A stretch of DNA of 64,000 nt from Eledone cirrhosa (taxonomy: Eukaryota). Position numbers and translations under genes: made by a program. The notes beneath the pieces are model-generated. The model ran no database searches, was not told where the DNA came from, and worked only from the letters and a program-made list of their open reading frames with translations. This document shows, piece after piece, positions 12,633-29,018 of the stretch; the stretch's first letter is position 1, and the number at the start of each line of letters is the position of its first letter. The DNA lies in the NCBI GenBank assembly GCA_964016885.1, contig OZ024740.1, positions 298,034,001 through 298,098,000 of the forward strand. The letters run 5' to 3'.

Positions 12633-13040
12633 TCTTCTTCTTCTTCTTCTTCTTCTTCTTCTTTGCTCTTGCTCGATTGGACTTGGGTTATGCTAGCTCA
12701 ACGATCCCAGAGGCATCATCGTGCGTAGAGCCGACCAGTTCCTACAGTGCCCTCCATCGCTGATGGACCCGTGCCAGCCTCTCTGCATCATAAAGGTGAC
12801 TTCGAGCCTCTGGAGATCTTCCTTACTCACATCTAGCAATCTGGTGCGGGGCTTGCAGTGGGGCCTCTTCCAGCCTGTACATGCTGCGTCGAGCGAGAGT
12901 AAGCCCTTGATAGGATATTCTGGCGGAATGGAAAGGACATGTCTATACCAGCGATGCGGCGGATGGCTATGAGGTGGGAGGCTACAGACGGCCCCTCGAT
13001 GCCAGCTTTGTGGGCTGGTAGACGTGGTGGCGGAGGTAGG
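12633..13040 (-). mobile_element. RTE LINE 3' fragment with (AAG)n tail
   Basis: RWYRHVL..WKRPHCKPRTRLLD remnant (GRP..RW motif); (TTC)n at 12633-12662. Confidence 0.7.
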
Positions 13041-13126
13041 GATTTTCAAGTGGCGACTAAGATACATCCGTCTTAGAGAATGCCATTCCTTAATTAAACC
13101 AGAGACCAAAGGAATCAAAAGAATTA

Positions 13127-13273
13127 CCGTATTTCCCTATTTTTGACAACCAAAAATTTGACAACCAAAAATTTGAAAAAAATAATAAACAACCTTCGGC
13201 CTCCAGGACGCATGGTAGATTTTGGATACTTATTTTAGGAAAAAAGTAGCGTCTTCGACGCCGGGAAATACGG
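13127..13273. mobile_element. Same MITE family as 63741, opposite orientation, internally deleted
   Basis: TA-CCGTATTTCC...GGAAATACGG-TA. Confidence 0.78.
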
Positions 13274-13530
13274 TAATCTATTTGCGTCGGTCAAACAAGT
13301 CAGTCTACTGTGACAGCATTTAAAGGGGAACAGAACTACGTAAAATCTAAAAATAAAAAAAAAATAGGAAAAATAATAATAATAATCCCAAGAATATAAT
13401 ATGGGTTTTTAATATCGATTTAACACCATATTAGCAGGCTGTCCCCGAATCAGATTTTCTATTTTCTATCTTCTATTTTTTTTTCTATCTCTTATTCTAT
13501 GTTTGGGTTCAACGTAATCATGTTACATAA

Positions 13531-13624
13531 TTCTGCAAATAACACCTGATGAAATCGCCTAGTCTTACATCATAATCGGATGATAGAGTTGGGCCATCGA
13601 AATCTGTATAGTGCTTTAGCAGAA
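13531..13624 (+). ncRNA. Type I hammerhead ribozyme with long helix II (AUA site)
   Basis: cac-CTGATGA-(46-nt imperfect hairpin with atcat/atgat, tct/aga)-GAAA-tctgta-TA-gtg; helix I is extended by ttctgc/gcagaa. Confidence 0.65.
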
Positions 13625-14210
13625 TTAAAATTCTAAAGTAAATTTTCCTGTCCAGCCTTCTGTTGTTTTAATGTGTGTGTGTATATATATATATGAAGAA
13701 GTGTCGATTAAAAGCCAGGATGCGATCGCATGACCAAACCCGAGCTGATCGATATAGAAACAATTGTAATATGAAATAATGTTTACAAAAAGCTGCAATT
13801 CTTATTGTCACTTTATACATATATATATATGATATATATATAGTCGAAGGTAAATGCAAATTTACTCAAAGCTGATTGACTGCATCTGAACGATCATACC
13901 TGCCGTTACATATGTGAAACCTGAGTTATGAAGATTTGTATCATATTCTGTATATATTAATTTTATATACCCACCCCCAATGTGTTTTGATTTTTTTCCT
14001 TTCCTTCGTGCATATGTGTGTGGCGGGGTTGTATAAATGTAAACTTACTGAAAATATAACAATAGTTTGTTTTGCTGTCTTTTTTTTTTTTCATTAGAAA
14101 AACTCGCCATAAAAAAAGAATGTCCAAGTACATTCCACTATTTTGTCTGTATACAAAGAAACATTACAGATATCCTGTATGCATTTGGGATATTATACAT
14201 ACATACATAC

Positions 14211-14243
<33 letters not shown>

Positions 14244-14279
14244 CATACATATACATTAATTCAAAATATTAACAAAATA

Positions 14280-14790
14280 GATATTCTTGTGATCAAGTAT
14301 ATTTTATTATACATATTTCAGAGGTACTGAATTAAGTTCAACAGTACGTCCTCATCAGATAAAATAAGATGATGCATAGTAGATGGTTAAGATTCAGTCA
14401 TGGTAGTGACAAAACTCAATATTTATACCCTAATATTGAGAACATGAGAAAAATATATAATACAAACAATAGAGAGGGTGCGTGTAATACAGCTTAAAAA
14501 ATACATGGCATCAATATAACAGTTAAACATTTTTTTTAAACTACTGAAGAAAGAGGAAAGAAAGGAAAGCATAGAGGAAGAAACAGCTGATGTGATAATA
14601 TATTTAGTAGGTGCCTCAAAAAACAAATGAAAGATGATTAAAGAGAGAGAGAGAGACAAAGGGGAGTAATTTATGTTTAAGTCTATAGACAATTATCCAT
14701 ATATGCAATATATATCAAAACTTATTTAGTTGACCGTTCATATTCAAAATATTTAATTTAAGTTATTTCAGAGTAAAGAGTAATATTTTA
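14280..14790 (-). mobile_element. Diverged PLE 3' UTR/pseudo-LTR related to 37690-38324
   Basis: Shared ..GCACCCTCT..ATATTGAGTTTTGTCA..TACCATGACTGAATCTTAACCATCT..TTATTTTAT(C/T)TGATGAGGACG. Confidence 0.7.
14300..14366 (-). ncRNA. Type I hammerhead ribozyme (AUA site), family of the 36-37 kb Penelope ORF
   Basis: tattttat-CTGATGA-ggac gtactg ttgaacttaatt cagtac ctct-GAAA-tatgta-TA-ataaaata. Confidence 0.8.
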
Positions 14791-15115
14791 GGTTTTAAAA
14801 GTTAATAGGTATCTGTATTAATATTATATTATACTATCAAGTTTAATTTCTAAAATTCAAATTTTATGAAAACAAATTTAAAGGATTTACGAAACACGAG
14901 AAAGAAAATATATAATGCTTTTATACCCTCACGAAGGTAATCTTTACCAAAATTATTTATAATATTGACAACAGTTTATATAATATAATTTATAAATTAA
15001 TTATAGTTATAATTATTAAAGAATTTATGATTAAACAGTTTGAGTGCCTAAAGGATCAAACGGTCTTATAACTAAATTTAAAGAAGTCTGAATATACATA
15101 CATATATATATATAT

Positions 15116-15350
15116 AACAAAGGAATTGTGATAAGGAACCAGATGAACAATAACGCACCAGAGTCCTCAATATTTAGGGTAGTAGAGTGGAAAATAGGAA
15201 AAAGTATGACCCCGACGACAGAGCTCAAGCCGTTTCGACTGCTATTTCTGGACTAGTTTCTGGGCCGTTTCGGCGGCTATTTCTGGACTAGTCCAGAAAT
15301 AGCAGTCGAAACGGCTTGAGCTCTGCCGTCGGGGTCATACTTTTTCCTAT
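15116..15350. mobile_element. Family A inverted pair
   Basis: Long arm minus and short arm plus, joined at CTGGACTAGTCCAG, with a small internal duplication at 15265-15290. Confidence 0.85.
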
Positions 15351-15396
15351 ATATATATAAATATACACGGGTGTGTATGATTGTGTATAGAAGATT

Positions 15397-15769
15397 ATAT
15401 TAATAAAAGGAATTCCAACTTTGTCTGATTTACTCGTTTTATTTACAATCCTTTAAAATTTATAATTAGAATGAAATAGTATGGTAGAATGTTAAGTGTT
15501 AATTGAACAAGTACTTTAATGCTTTCGCAATCTTCAGGTTCATATTCTATGGTGACAGTCAAGTTTGCAATTTTCAACTGTTGAAAATTCCAAACTTGAC
15601 AGTCACCACAGAATATGAACCTGAAAATTGCGAAAGCATGAAAGTTCTTGTTTAATTAACACTTAACATTTAATATTCTACCATACTATTTCATTCTAAT
15701 ACCATTAACAATTTTAAAGGATTGTAAATAAAACGAGTAAATCAGACAAAGTTAGAATTCCTTTTATTA

Positions 15770-15772
<3 letters not shown>
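15397..15772. repeat. Palindromic PLE-type inverted repeat centred on 15579
   Basis: Arms 15397-15578 / 15580-15772 with several mismatches, (TA)n flanks. Confidence 0.8.
15505..15543 (-). ncRNA. Possible minimal hammerhead lacking helix II (CUU site); mirror copy 15615-15653 has a mutated core
   Basis: gaac-CTGAAGA-ttgc-GAAA-g cattaaagta c-TT-gttc. Confidence 0.45.
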
Positions 15773-15830
<58 letters not shown>

Positions 15831-16026
15831 TGTATATATGTATATATATATGTGTATATATATATATATTGGAATAAATGCTCTGAAATAGCGATATATA
15901 TGTGAATATAGACATAGAATATTCGAAAATATTCTGTATGTTTATAATAAACATTTTGAAGACCTAATCGCTATAGAATAGAATACGTCACGTATTACAA
16001 TTAGATTCTCGATAAAAGCAAGGGAA

Positions 16027-16069
16027 GTAATCTACGCGTTTCATTCTCGTTAGAAATCATCAGGACTAC
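16027..16069 (-). ncRNA. Minimal type I hammerhead ribozyme (GUA site)
   Basis: gtagtc-CTGATGA-tttctaacgagaat-GAAA-cgcg-TA-gattac; palindromic ACGCGT helix III. Confidence 0.82.
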
Positions 16070-16181
16070 ATATCCAGTGCTTTTATCGAGAATGACACAG
16101 CTAGAGACTTATAGAATACTTAGCTGTGTACAGGAACTGGTTTGAAAGAGCGGTTGCCGGTCCGGCAGAAATTAGAAATTG

Positions 16182-16269
<88 letters not shown>

Positions 16270-16732
16270 GTATATATATTATTGTGGTCAAAACAATTTT
16301 GATTGGTCGACCAATCAAAATGTTTTGACCACAATAATTTTTGCAACAACAAAGTAGCGCTGGAGCCACTTTTTTAACATAAAAACAGGCAGAATTCCCA
16401 AAACTAATCAGATCAGAGCAAACAGCACGGACACTCTGTCTCAAAATTATTTTTGAAAAGCATTTAGAAATGCGCAACCGGTAAAAACTTAAAAAACTTA
16501 AAACCACAACTGAATACTAACCCATACAATTACTAATACTCTTTTATTCCTAATTAAACCATTTTTCAACTGTGAACAATTTGTCAGCATTTTCTATTCC
16601 GTTTACCAATATATAATAACTTGTGTGTTACACCTCTATTCTTTTAACTATATATATATATATATGTATATATATGTATGTATATCTATATATATATATA
16701 TATATAAGTTTTTATATGTATGTATATCTATA

Positions 16733-16840
<108 letters not shown>

Positions 16841-16877
16841 TATACATATATGCATATATATATATATATGTATATAT

Positions 16878-17680
16878 CATCATAATCTATAAAGCTCAGT
16901 GTGTGGTCATGCTCCTTCGTTATAGAAATCTACGATATAGAATTTCTTCAATTGAAATTTACAATTCAGTATTCGAAATAGCTTCGATTGCGTCTTGACG
17001 CAGATAATTTTTTCAATTTCACCCACAATTTCGCAAATAGATAAAACTCAATATTTTACGATTTTTCTCTCTCATTTAAACTGCTGAACTCTTTCTACTA
17101 CCATTCAAAATCTATACAACTTCATACTTTCTGCTACTTTCTCTTTCCAAGCTTGATGGTGATACTGTCCGTTCACACCACTCCCTACTGTCTTAAATTT
17201 AGAAAACATATCTTCTATGAGGTCACTAAACCTGCTAGAAACAGCAGCTAACTCTCCCCCATATCACACCACTCCCTACTGTCTTAAATTTAGAAAACAC
17301 ATATCCTCTATGAGGTCACTAAACCTGCTAGAAACAACAGCTAACTCTCCCTCATATCACAACCCTCCCTACTGTCTTAAATTTAGAAAACACACAGACA
17401 ACCATGCAGAACAACTCCATCGCAGCTCTGTTGTTCGGCTGGCATCGTCTACGCGCGTGTTGCGCAAGTACTGTGAAACAATAAATTTCAACACTTTTTT
17501 GCACAGAGATAATATCCATAGGCGAAATTACAATTGTCACTGCTGGCGCAGCTCATGCTTCCAGGTCTGCAATTCATTCACCCAGTGCCTGGCAGACAAA
17601 AAAGTGCTGCCATAAAATGGGTGGTGCAACCTAACTTTGGTAACTTAATGACCCCGAGCAACGCCGGGCTTTAATGCTAG
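16878..17680 (+). mobile_element. Non-autonomous Helitron-like element containing a ~92-bp tandem repeat (17173-17395)
   Basis: 3' end hairpin CCCGAGCAACGCCGGG, then CTAG-T at 17677-17681; the 5' boundary is inferred from the (TA)n flank. Confidence 0.6.
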
Positions 17681-17693
17681 TATATATATATAA

Positions 17694-17765
<72 letters not shown>

Positions 17766-17913
17766 ATATATATATATACATATATGTATATGTATATATA
17801 TATATATGTATATATATATATTTGTATATGTATATATATATATATATATATATACATATGTATATATATATATATGTATATATATTTGTATATGTATATA
17901 TATATATATATAC

Positions 17914-17953
<40 letters not shown>

Positions 17954-17956
17954 TTG

Positions 17957-18029
<73 letters not shown>

Positions 18030-18504
18030 TACAATAACAGAGATAGTTTAAAGCTAAACTCTGACTGGTAACCATCTCACTCAACAAACATTAGGTTATA
18101 TTAAAATATAAACCCAATTTAAGTGTTTGGGGTGCTAACAATATGTATAATGTGGAAAAACCAGTTTTATTATTTTATGAGATATAATTAAAGTTAAAGT
18201 ATATCTCTCTTTCCAAACAATTGTTTCATTATAAGTTTTCTACAAGTTTGGGAGAATGTTTCCAGTTTATGTAGAAGTCTAATATATATTCAAGTAAGAA
18301 TATATTTAGGTGGGCACTTATAAATCATCAGTGGAAGCCCATTAAACATTGATATAAGAAAACAATTTCTTACCGCTGTCAAAAATCATGTCCGTAAAGT
18401 TACTCTCTCTCACCTCGAATGACCGCCAAATTTGAAATTCCAGCAGTTTTTGACTGAGGAAGTATCATAGCGACACGAAGCGGGAAGCTGATACGCTTAT
18501 CTTC

Positions 18505-18549
<45 letters not shown>

Positions 18550-18624
18550 AGAATATTTTCGAAATTATTTAGCCACATAGTGGAGTTAAGAACTCTCGGA
18601 GAAATGGAAAAAGATGAGTATTGA

Positions 18625-18698
<74 letters not shown>

Positions 18699-18793
18699 TA
18701 TATATATATACGTTATTCCGGGTTGAATCGGAGGTAACCACAGTAAGTAAGGTACTCAATACATAGCAGAGTATAAAAGTTTTAATATAGATG

Positions 18794-18844
18794 AGATTCT
18801 ACAGGACTAGAACTGTTTCATTCATTAGAAATCATCAGGAATCT
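18794..18844 (-). ncRNA. Type I hammerhead ribozyme of family B (identical to 31903-31953)
   Basis: Exact reverse complement. The other family B copies are damaged: CTAATGA core at 20572-20622 and a helix III deletion at 27059-27100. Confidence 0.85.
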
Positions 18845-18878
18845 GGGTATCAAAAAATAGTGTTTGTATGTGTGTTTG

Positions 18879-18939
<61 letters not shown>

Positions 18940-18982
18940 ATGTATGTATGTGTGTGTATATTTTTATATATATGTATATATT

Positions 18983-19065
<83 letters not shown>

Positions 19066-19066
<1 letters not shown>

Positions 19067-19267
19067 ACGAAGGAAATGTGGTAAGGAACCAGGTGGACCA
19101 TAACGCACCAAAGTACTCAATACTTGAGGTAGTAGAGTGGGTAATAGGAACCAGTAAGACCCCGACAGCTGAGCTCAAGCCGTTTCGACGGCTAATTCTG
19201 GAACTGAGTCCAGAATTAGCCGTCGAAACGGCTTGAGCTCAGCTGTAGGGGTCTTACTGGTTCCTAT
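19066..19267. mobile_element. Family A inverted pair
   Basis: Same architecture as the other pairs, (TA)n flanks. Confidence 0.85.
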
Positions 19268-19290
19268 ATATATATGTATATATGTGTATA

Positions 19291-19470
<180 letters not shown>

Positions 19471-19506
19471 TGTATGTATGGTGCTTTTTCCTTATATATG
19501 TGTATA

Positions 19507-19567
<61 letters not shown>

Positions 19568-19618
19568 ATGTATGTGTGTGTGTGTGTTTGTATGTGTATA
19601 TATTTGTTTATGTGTATT

Positions 19619-19649
<31 letters not shown>

Positions 19650-19874
19650 ATATATGTATATATGTATATGGTTATATATATGAATGTATATATATATATA
19701 TGAATATGTATATATATGTGTGTGTGTGTTTGTGTGTATATGTGTGTATATGTATATATGTGTGTGTATGTGGGTTTTTTATATATATATATATATATAT
19801 ATGTGTGTATGTATATATGTATATATATATATATATATATATTTGTATACGTATGTGTGTGTATATGTATGTAT

Positions 19875-19922
<48 letters not shown>

Positions 19923-19936
19923 ATATATATATATAT

Positions 19937-20016
<80 letters not shown>

Positions 20017-20641
20017 GTGTATGTATATGTATGTATATGAATATATTTTTATATATGTGTGTGTGTTTTTATGTGTGTATATGTGTTCGTGTGTGTGTTT
20101 ATGGTTGCGCGTAAGTGTGTGAGTGAGTATGTTTTTTTGTTTTTTTGTGAATGTGTCTGTTGATTTTTGGCATATAGTTCGAAGATAATTGTAAGATATG
20201 CACTCAGTATTTTGAATCTGTCTACGGAATTCTCTAGACCTTTATCACTTAATGATTTTAGCTTTTAAAGAATCTCCCTTTTCTTTAATTCTATCGACCA
20301 TGACTGACACCCCACTGATTTTATAGACATCTGCTAGCTTAAGAGAAACTTAATGACAAGGAATGGTATGCCATCCGGAACCTGTTTATAGAATTCTCTC
20401 TGCCCTTGTTACTCTAAAAACATAAATAAATAAAAATAAACTATAGCTTTGTAGAATTAGCTTTTAGTGAATTCCCTTTTCTATCAACCAATGACCTGCA
20501 CCAATCCCACTCCCCACCCTCTCCTACCACTTGTAGAGACCTATAAATACCATTTTTATTTTTTGATACCCAGATTCCTAATGATTTCTAATGAATGAAA
20601 CAGTTCTAGTCCTGTAGAATCTCATCTATATTAAAACTATA

Positions 20642-20683
<42 letters not shown>

Positions 20684-20850
20684 AGAATATTTTCGAAACA
20701 GCGAGTTGGTTTGATATTATTAGAAATGTAAGCTATCGCCGTATTTTGACTAAAGAAATTAAAGAAATTATTTAGCCACATAGTGGAGTTAAGAACTCTC
20801 GGAGAAATGGAAAAAGATGAGTATTGACGTACACACACACACACACACAC

Positions 20851-20960
<110 letters not shown>

Positions 20961-20980
20961 TTATATATGTATATGTATAT

Positions 20981-21012
<32 letters not shown>

Positions 21013-21064
21013 GTATATGTATATATATATATATGTATATGTATATATATATATTATATATATA

Positions 21065-21110
<46 letters not shown>

Positions 21111-21259
21111 TATATATATATGTATATATATGTATATATATATATGTATATATATGTATATATATATATATGTATATATATGTATATATATATGTATATA
21201 TATGTATATATATGTATATATATATATATGCATGTATATATATATATATATATGCATGC

Positions 21260-21299
<40 letters not shown>

Positions 21300-21326
21300 G
21301 CATGTATATATATATATATATATGCA

Positions 21327-21402
<76 letters not shown>

Positions 21403-21410
21403 TGTGTATA

Positions 21411-21468
<58 letters not shown>

Positions 21469-21617
21469 CATGTATATATATATATATATATAAATATATA
21501 TGCATGTATATATATATATATGTATATAAATATATATATATATGCATGTATATATACATATATATATGTATATATATATATATATATATATGCATGTGTA
21601 TATATATATATATATGC

Positions 21618-21662
<45 letters not shown>

Positions 21663-21693
21663 TGTGTATATATATATATATATATATATATGC

Positions 21694-21726
<33 letters not shown>

Positions 21727-21735
<9 letters not shown>

Positions 21736-21914
21736 AGATCAAAAGATGGTTAAAAGAGTTCCATGTATTTTATTATGCGCATTTCAAAATACATGGAACT
21801 CTTTTAACCATCTTTTGATCTTATATATTATGTATACTCCAGTCCTACAAACTGTAGAGTGCTTCTTATCCGATATCTGCATTGCTTTATTGTACTACAA
21901 TAAAACTCACCTCC
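21727..21914. mobile_element. PLE-type terminal inverted pair without HHR (arms ~21727-21773 / 21788-21830, tail to 21914)
   Basis: Perfect ~45-bp inverted repeat, with the long tail carrying the TACTC..GAGTGC hairpin. Confidence 0.65.
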
Positions 21915-21920
21915 TATATA

Positions 21921-22089
<169 letters not shown>

Positions 22090-22152
22090 GTATATATGTG
22101 TATATTTATATGTATATATGTATATATATATATGTATATATGTATATATATA

Positions 22153-22254
<102 letters not shown>

Positions 22255-22343
22255 GTATATATGTATATATATGTATATATGTATATATATATGTATATAT
22301 ATATATATATGTATATATGTATATATATGTATATATGTATATA

Positions 22344-22388
<45 letters not shown>

Positions 22389-22401
22389 GCATGTATATAT
22401 G

Positions 22402-22516
<115 letters not shown>

Positions 22517-22533
22517 ATATATATATATATGTG

Positions 22534-22567
<34 letters not shown>

Positions 22568-22573
22568 TATTTG

Positions 22574-23274
<701 letters not shown>

Positions 23275-23299
23275 GTGTATATATATATATGTATATATG

Positions 23300-23330
<31 letters not shown>

Positions 23331-23337
23331 GAGTGAA

Positions 23338-23452
23338 GGCGTGTGGCTGAGTGGTTAGAGAATTGGATTCGCAATCGTAAGGTTGTGAGTTCGATTCCTG
23401 GACCATGCGATGCGTTATGTCCTTGAGCAAGACACTTTATTTCACGTTGCTC
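23338..23452 (+). mobile_element. tRNA-derived CORE-type SINE family 2
   Basis: TGGCTGAGTGG A box, GAGTTCGATTCC B box, TGTCCTTGAGCAAGACACTTT core. Other copies at 12265-12520(+), 54023-54165(+), 51680-51770(-). Confidence 0.8.
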
Positions 23453-23556
23453 CTTCTACCTCGAGTTGCGACCGATAGATAGTATTAGCAATTGGAAAGA
23501 CCAACGGAAACATTGTTCCCTCGGTCCGATTTGACGACAGTCGATCGTTAAATATA

Positions 23557-23590
<34 letters not shown>

Positions 23591-23828
23591 TATATATATA
23601 TATATATATGTACGTCAATACTCATCTTTTTCCATTTATCTGAGGGTTCTAAACCCCGTTATCAAGCTAAAAATTCCTTTAGTTAAAAATACGGTGAAAG
23701 CTATATATTTTCTAATTTCAAACTCGCTCACTGTTTCAAAACATACTTACTTGATATGTATATATATATGTATGTATATATATATATGTATGTATATATA
23801 TATATATGTATGTATATATATATATATG

Positions 23829-23867
<39 letters not shown>

Positions 23868-24965
23868 GTATATATATATATATATGTATGTATATATATA
23901 TATATATGTATATATGTATATATATATATATATTTATTATATATACATATATATATATTTATTATATATATATATATATATTTATTATATATATATATAT
24001 ATAATAAATATATATATATATTATATATTATATATTATATATATGTTATATATATATATAATATTATATATATATATAATATTATATATATATTATATAT
24101 ATATATAATATTATATATATATTATATATATATATAATATTATATATATATTATATATATATATAATATTATATATATATTATATATATATACTGTCTAG
24201 TTAATGTTCTATCGACACCAAAGTTCTACGTTCGGGGCAATAGAATTGAATCCAACCACCGACAACATAGTTGGATGACCGATAATCACACAAACCGGAG
24301 TACTGTGATCCTGGTGATTTCGAGATATACAACCACTGACACTGTTACGAAGACCAGAAAACCATACTCCATAATATTGAACCAAGTGATTGATTTGTGC
24401 GACCAAAATAACACCACACATATATTGAACTATGAATATTGGATCCTCCGTCAATGTCTGGGTGATCAAAAATAGATTTCTATCTGCATTGGAATTTACG
24501 AACTTGTGCATCTGCTGTGGTGTCAAAAACAAACGCACATGACCGCACAGATAAACAACGGACTATGCCACATGGCTTGAACCTGTAAGTGAATTGAAGG
24601 TTCTGTAACTCTGATATACAGATTATTTATTATTAAGATGTATAAACTTGACATAACTATTATCATCTTATATTCTCTCAACTAATCACATTTGATCATA
24701 TTTCTCTATCCCGTTTTCTCCCCCCATAATTATAATATTTTTATTTGAAAAAATCGGTTTTTTTACATTGTGTTTTCCCCTTCAAATACTTGCTTATATT
24801 TCTTCATATATTCTCTCTATATATTTTTTTTATATATATATTTTTTATCTTTATTCTTATTTTCACTTTTATCCTCCTTTATATTTTACCTTATTCTTAC
24901 TTTTATACCTTATTATAGTGTAATCTTCCCATCCCTTATTATACATTATTAATTATAGATTATAA

Positions 24966-25152
24966 GGGCGGTGGATTGGCAGTATCGGTAGAGGGTCGGA
25001 AGCCATGCTTTCCAGCATAGTTACGTCCCTTTACGATTTGAGTTCAAATCCCGCCGAGGTTGACTTTGCCTTTCATCTTTACGGGGTCGATAAAATAAAG
25101 TACCAGTAATGCACTGGGTAATTGCTGGCCTTGTGACTAAAGTAGAAACAAT
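24966..25152 (+). mobile_element. tRNA-derived SINE family 1, representative full copy
   Basis: A box TGGCAGTATCGG, B box GAGTTCAAATCC, body CTTTGCCTTTCATC..GGGGTCGATAAAATAAAGTACCAG. Other copies at about 4118-4262(-), 33730-33910(+), 35486-35653(-), 42872-43020(+), 43041-43260(+), 47921-48137(+), 50960-51070(-), 53160-53292(-), 53668-53853(-), 54262-54652(-, two), 57515-57770 (inverted pair), 58090-58230(+), 63385-63722(+, two). Confidence 0.9.
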
Positions 25153-25477
25153 TAATTATAGATTATTATTATTACTCTTTTTCCATTTCTAATTACCTCA
25201 TGTACTTTCTCCTCCGTTATATATATATTGTATGCCCTTTGTGTGTGTGTAGCCTCTGCACACCCTCTGCACCATACTATCGACGCCACCCCATCTATGG
25301 TTCAGCTTACCACTCGACTCCCGGGAATGAATATAACCGCAGCTAGTAAACAAGGACCCACACCCCACCCTCCCGCACCAAAATTAGACTTATCGTCCCC
25401 TACTTTTGCTCTTTACTCTCTTTACTCTTTGTTCTTGAATGTTTGGTTGGTAGAGTCCATAACACCAATCAAACCCC

Positions 25478-25536
25478 TTTTATAGCTCTGACGAATCCTA
25501 CGGTTACGTAAGGAAGAAACATTGTAAGCCAATAAA
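25478..25536 (+). ncRNA. Type I hammerhead ribozyme (GUA site) followed by AATAAA
   Basis: gct-CTGACGA-a tcct acg gtta cgt a agga a-GAAA-c att g-TA-agc; helix I is extended by tttat/ataaa. Confidence 0.75.
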
Positions 25537-25671
25537 AATCTGTTGATGTTGTAGACGCTCTTGTGTTCTTTATCATACAATATTATATATATATTATATA
25601 TATATATTATATATATATTATATATATTATATATATATATTATATATATATATTTATTATATATATATATT

Positions 25672-25745
<74 letters not shown>

Positions 25746-25838
25746 TATATATATTTATTATATATATTTATCCTTATCGAGCCCTCTTTGGATTTTAGTC
25801 TTCAAATTTATTATTATTACTATATATATATATATATG

Positions 25839-26014
<176 letters not shown>

Positions 26015-26022
26015 CATACATA

Positions 26023-26112
<90 letters not shown>

Positions 26113-26157
26113 CATATATATATATATATATATACATACATATATATATATATATAG

Positions 26158-26256
<99 letters not shown>

Positions 26257-26275
26257 CATACATATATATATATAT

Positions 26276-26316
<41 letters not shown>

Positions 26317-26347
26317 CATATATAACATATATATATATATATATAAT

Positions 26348-26468
<121 letters not shown>

Positions 26469-26471
26469 CAT

Positions 26472-26620
<149 letters not shown>

Positions 26621-26643
26621 CATACATATATATATATATATAT

Positions 26644-26816
<173 letters not shown>

Positions 26817-26835
26817 CATACATATATATATATAT

Positions 26836-26949
<114 letters not shown>

Positions 26950-26952
26950 TAT

Positions 26953-27010
<58 letters not shown>

Positions 27011-27013
27011 TAT

Positions 27014-27053
<40 letters not shown>

Positions 27054-27056
<3 letters not shown>

Positions 27057-27693
27057 TGAGATTCTACAACTGTTTCATTCATTAGAAATCATCAGGAATC
27101 TGGGTATCAAAAAATAAATATGGTATTTATAGGTCTCTACAAGTGGTAGGAGAGGGTGGGGGAGTAGGATGGGTGCAGGTCATTGGTTGATAGAAAAGGG
27201 AATTCATTAAAAGCTAATTCTACAAAGCTATAGTTTATTTTTATTTATTTATGTTTTTAGAGTAACAAGGGCAGACAGAATTCTATAAACAGGTTCCGGA
27301 TGGCATACCATTCCTTGTCATTAAGTTTCTCTTAAGCTAACAGGTGTCTATAAAATCAGTGGGGGGTCAGTTATGGTCGATAGAATTAAAGAAAAGGGAG
27401 ATTCTTTAAAAGCTAAAGTCATTAAGGTTCTACCAAGTGACAAAGGTCTAGAGAATTCTGCAGACAGATTCAAAATACTGAGTGCATATCTTACTATTAT
27501 CTTCGAACTTCTCTTAAACTAATCAACTACATGCCAAAAATCAACAGACACATTCACAAAAAAACAAAAATACATACTCACTCACACACTTACGCGCAAA
27601 CACATATACACACATAAAAATCCACACACATATATAAAAATATATATTCATGTACACACACATACATACACACACACATACATACATACATAC

Positions 27694-27754
<61 letters not shown>

Positions 27755-27955
27755 TATATACACATATATACACACACACATATATATATATATATACACA
27801 TACACACACACATACACATACATACACACACACACACACATATCTACACAAATATATACACTCACACGCATACATACAAACACAAATATTCATGTGTATA
27901 CATATACACACAAATACATATAGACATATATACATACACAGACACAGACACATAT

Positions 27956-27994
<39 letters not shown>

Positions 27995-28045
27995 CACACA
28001 TACATACATACGCATATACATATATATACACACACATACGTATAC

Positions 28046-28117
<72 letters not shown>

Positions 28118-28969
28118 TATTTTCCGTTGTGTTGTAATATAAATATTACACACAGTAGATTATCAGCTCACGTAGAGTTTGCTCGACGGTTCTAGTTGTA
28201 GTTCCAAAAGTAATCCGGAGAAAAATAGAAAGATTTGAATGGATACAGTTTAGTTGAAAGGAATTTATTGACACGTGTTTCTATAACAGTTACATAACCT
28301 AAAACAGCTATCTACAAACTTTTAGTTATGCAGACATTCAATATTTCAATGTTATTATTTACTGTCATTTCATCAGAATAATATTACTGAGGACCTATTT
28401 AGTTTTTATAGAGAATATTAGGAGGGAGGGGTGAAGTTGTTAGAAGAATAGTTGAAGGAGTGGTTTTTCGATAGCAGTGAGAATTCTTGGTGGCAGTGAG
28501 TAATTAGATTCCCATCTGTTGTTTTGACATTTTTTATAGAATATATTATTGGTTATTTTTCTAAATCTATAGAAGGATTAGAGATAGTAAAGATATGCGT
28601 GGTTGGTTTTGTGTTTGCACTTAATTAACATTCAGACTTAAATTTTTCTTTCAAGTGTACGTATCCTTTCACCCACGCATTCACACACAAATATATTTGC
28701 ACACCTCTACAAAATACATATACTCACAATTCACATATTCATACTTACATATATATACACATGCATACACATATATATACACACATGTATTCATGTACAT
28801 ACATACGCGCTCATGTGTATACATTTTCATACTCAACTTATCTTTATATACACACGTATAGACACACACATATATACATACATACTCTAGTCCATGTGTA
28901 CACACATACACATACATACACATCCATATACACATACATACATACACATATATATATATATATATTCAC

Positions 28970-29018
<49 letters not shown>

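Noticed and set aside
23338-23410. tRNA-like A/B box sequences, here and in other SINE heads
   Set aside because: No complete cloverleaf, and they continue into SINE bodies, so they are not tRNA genes.
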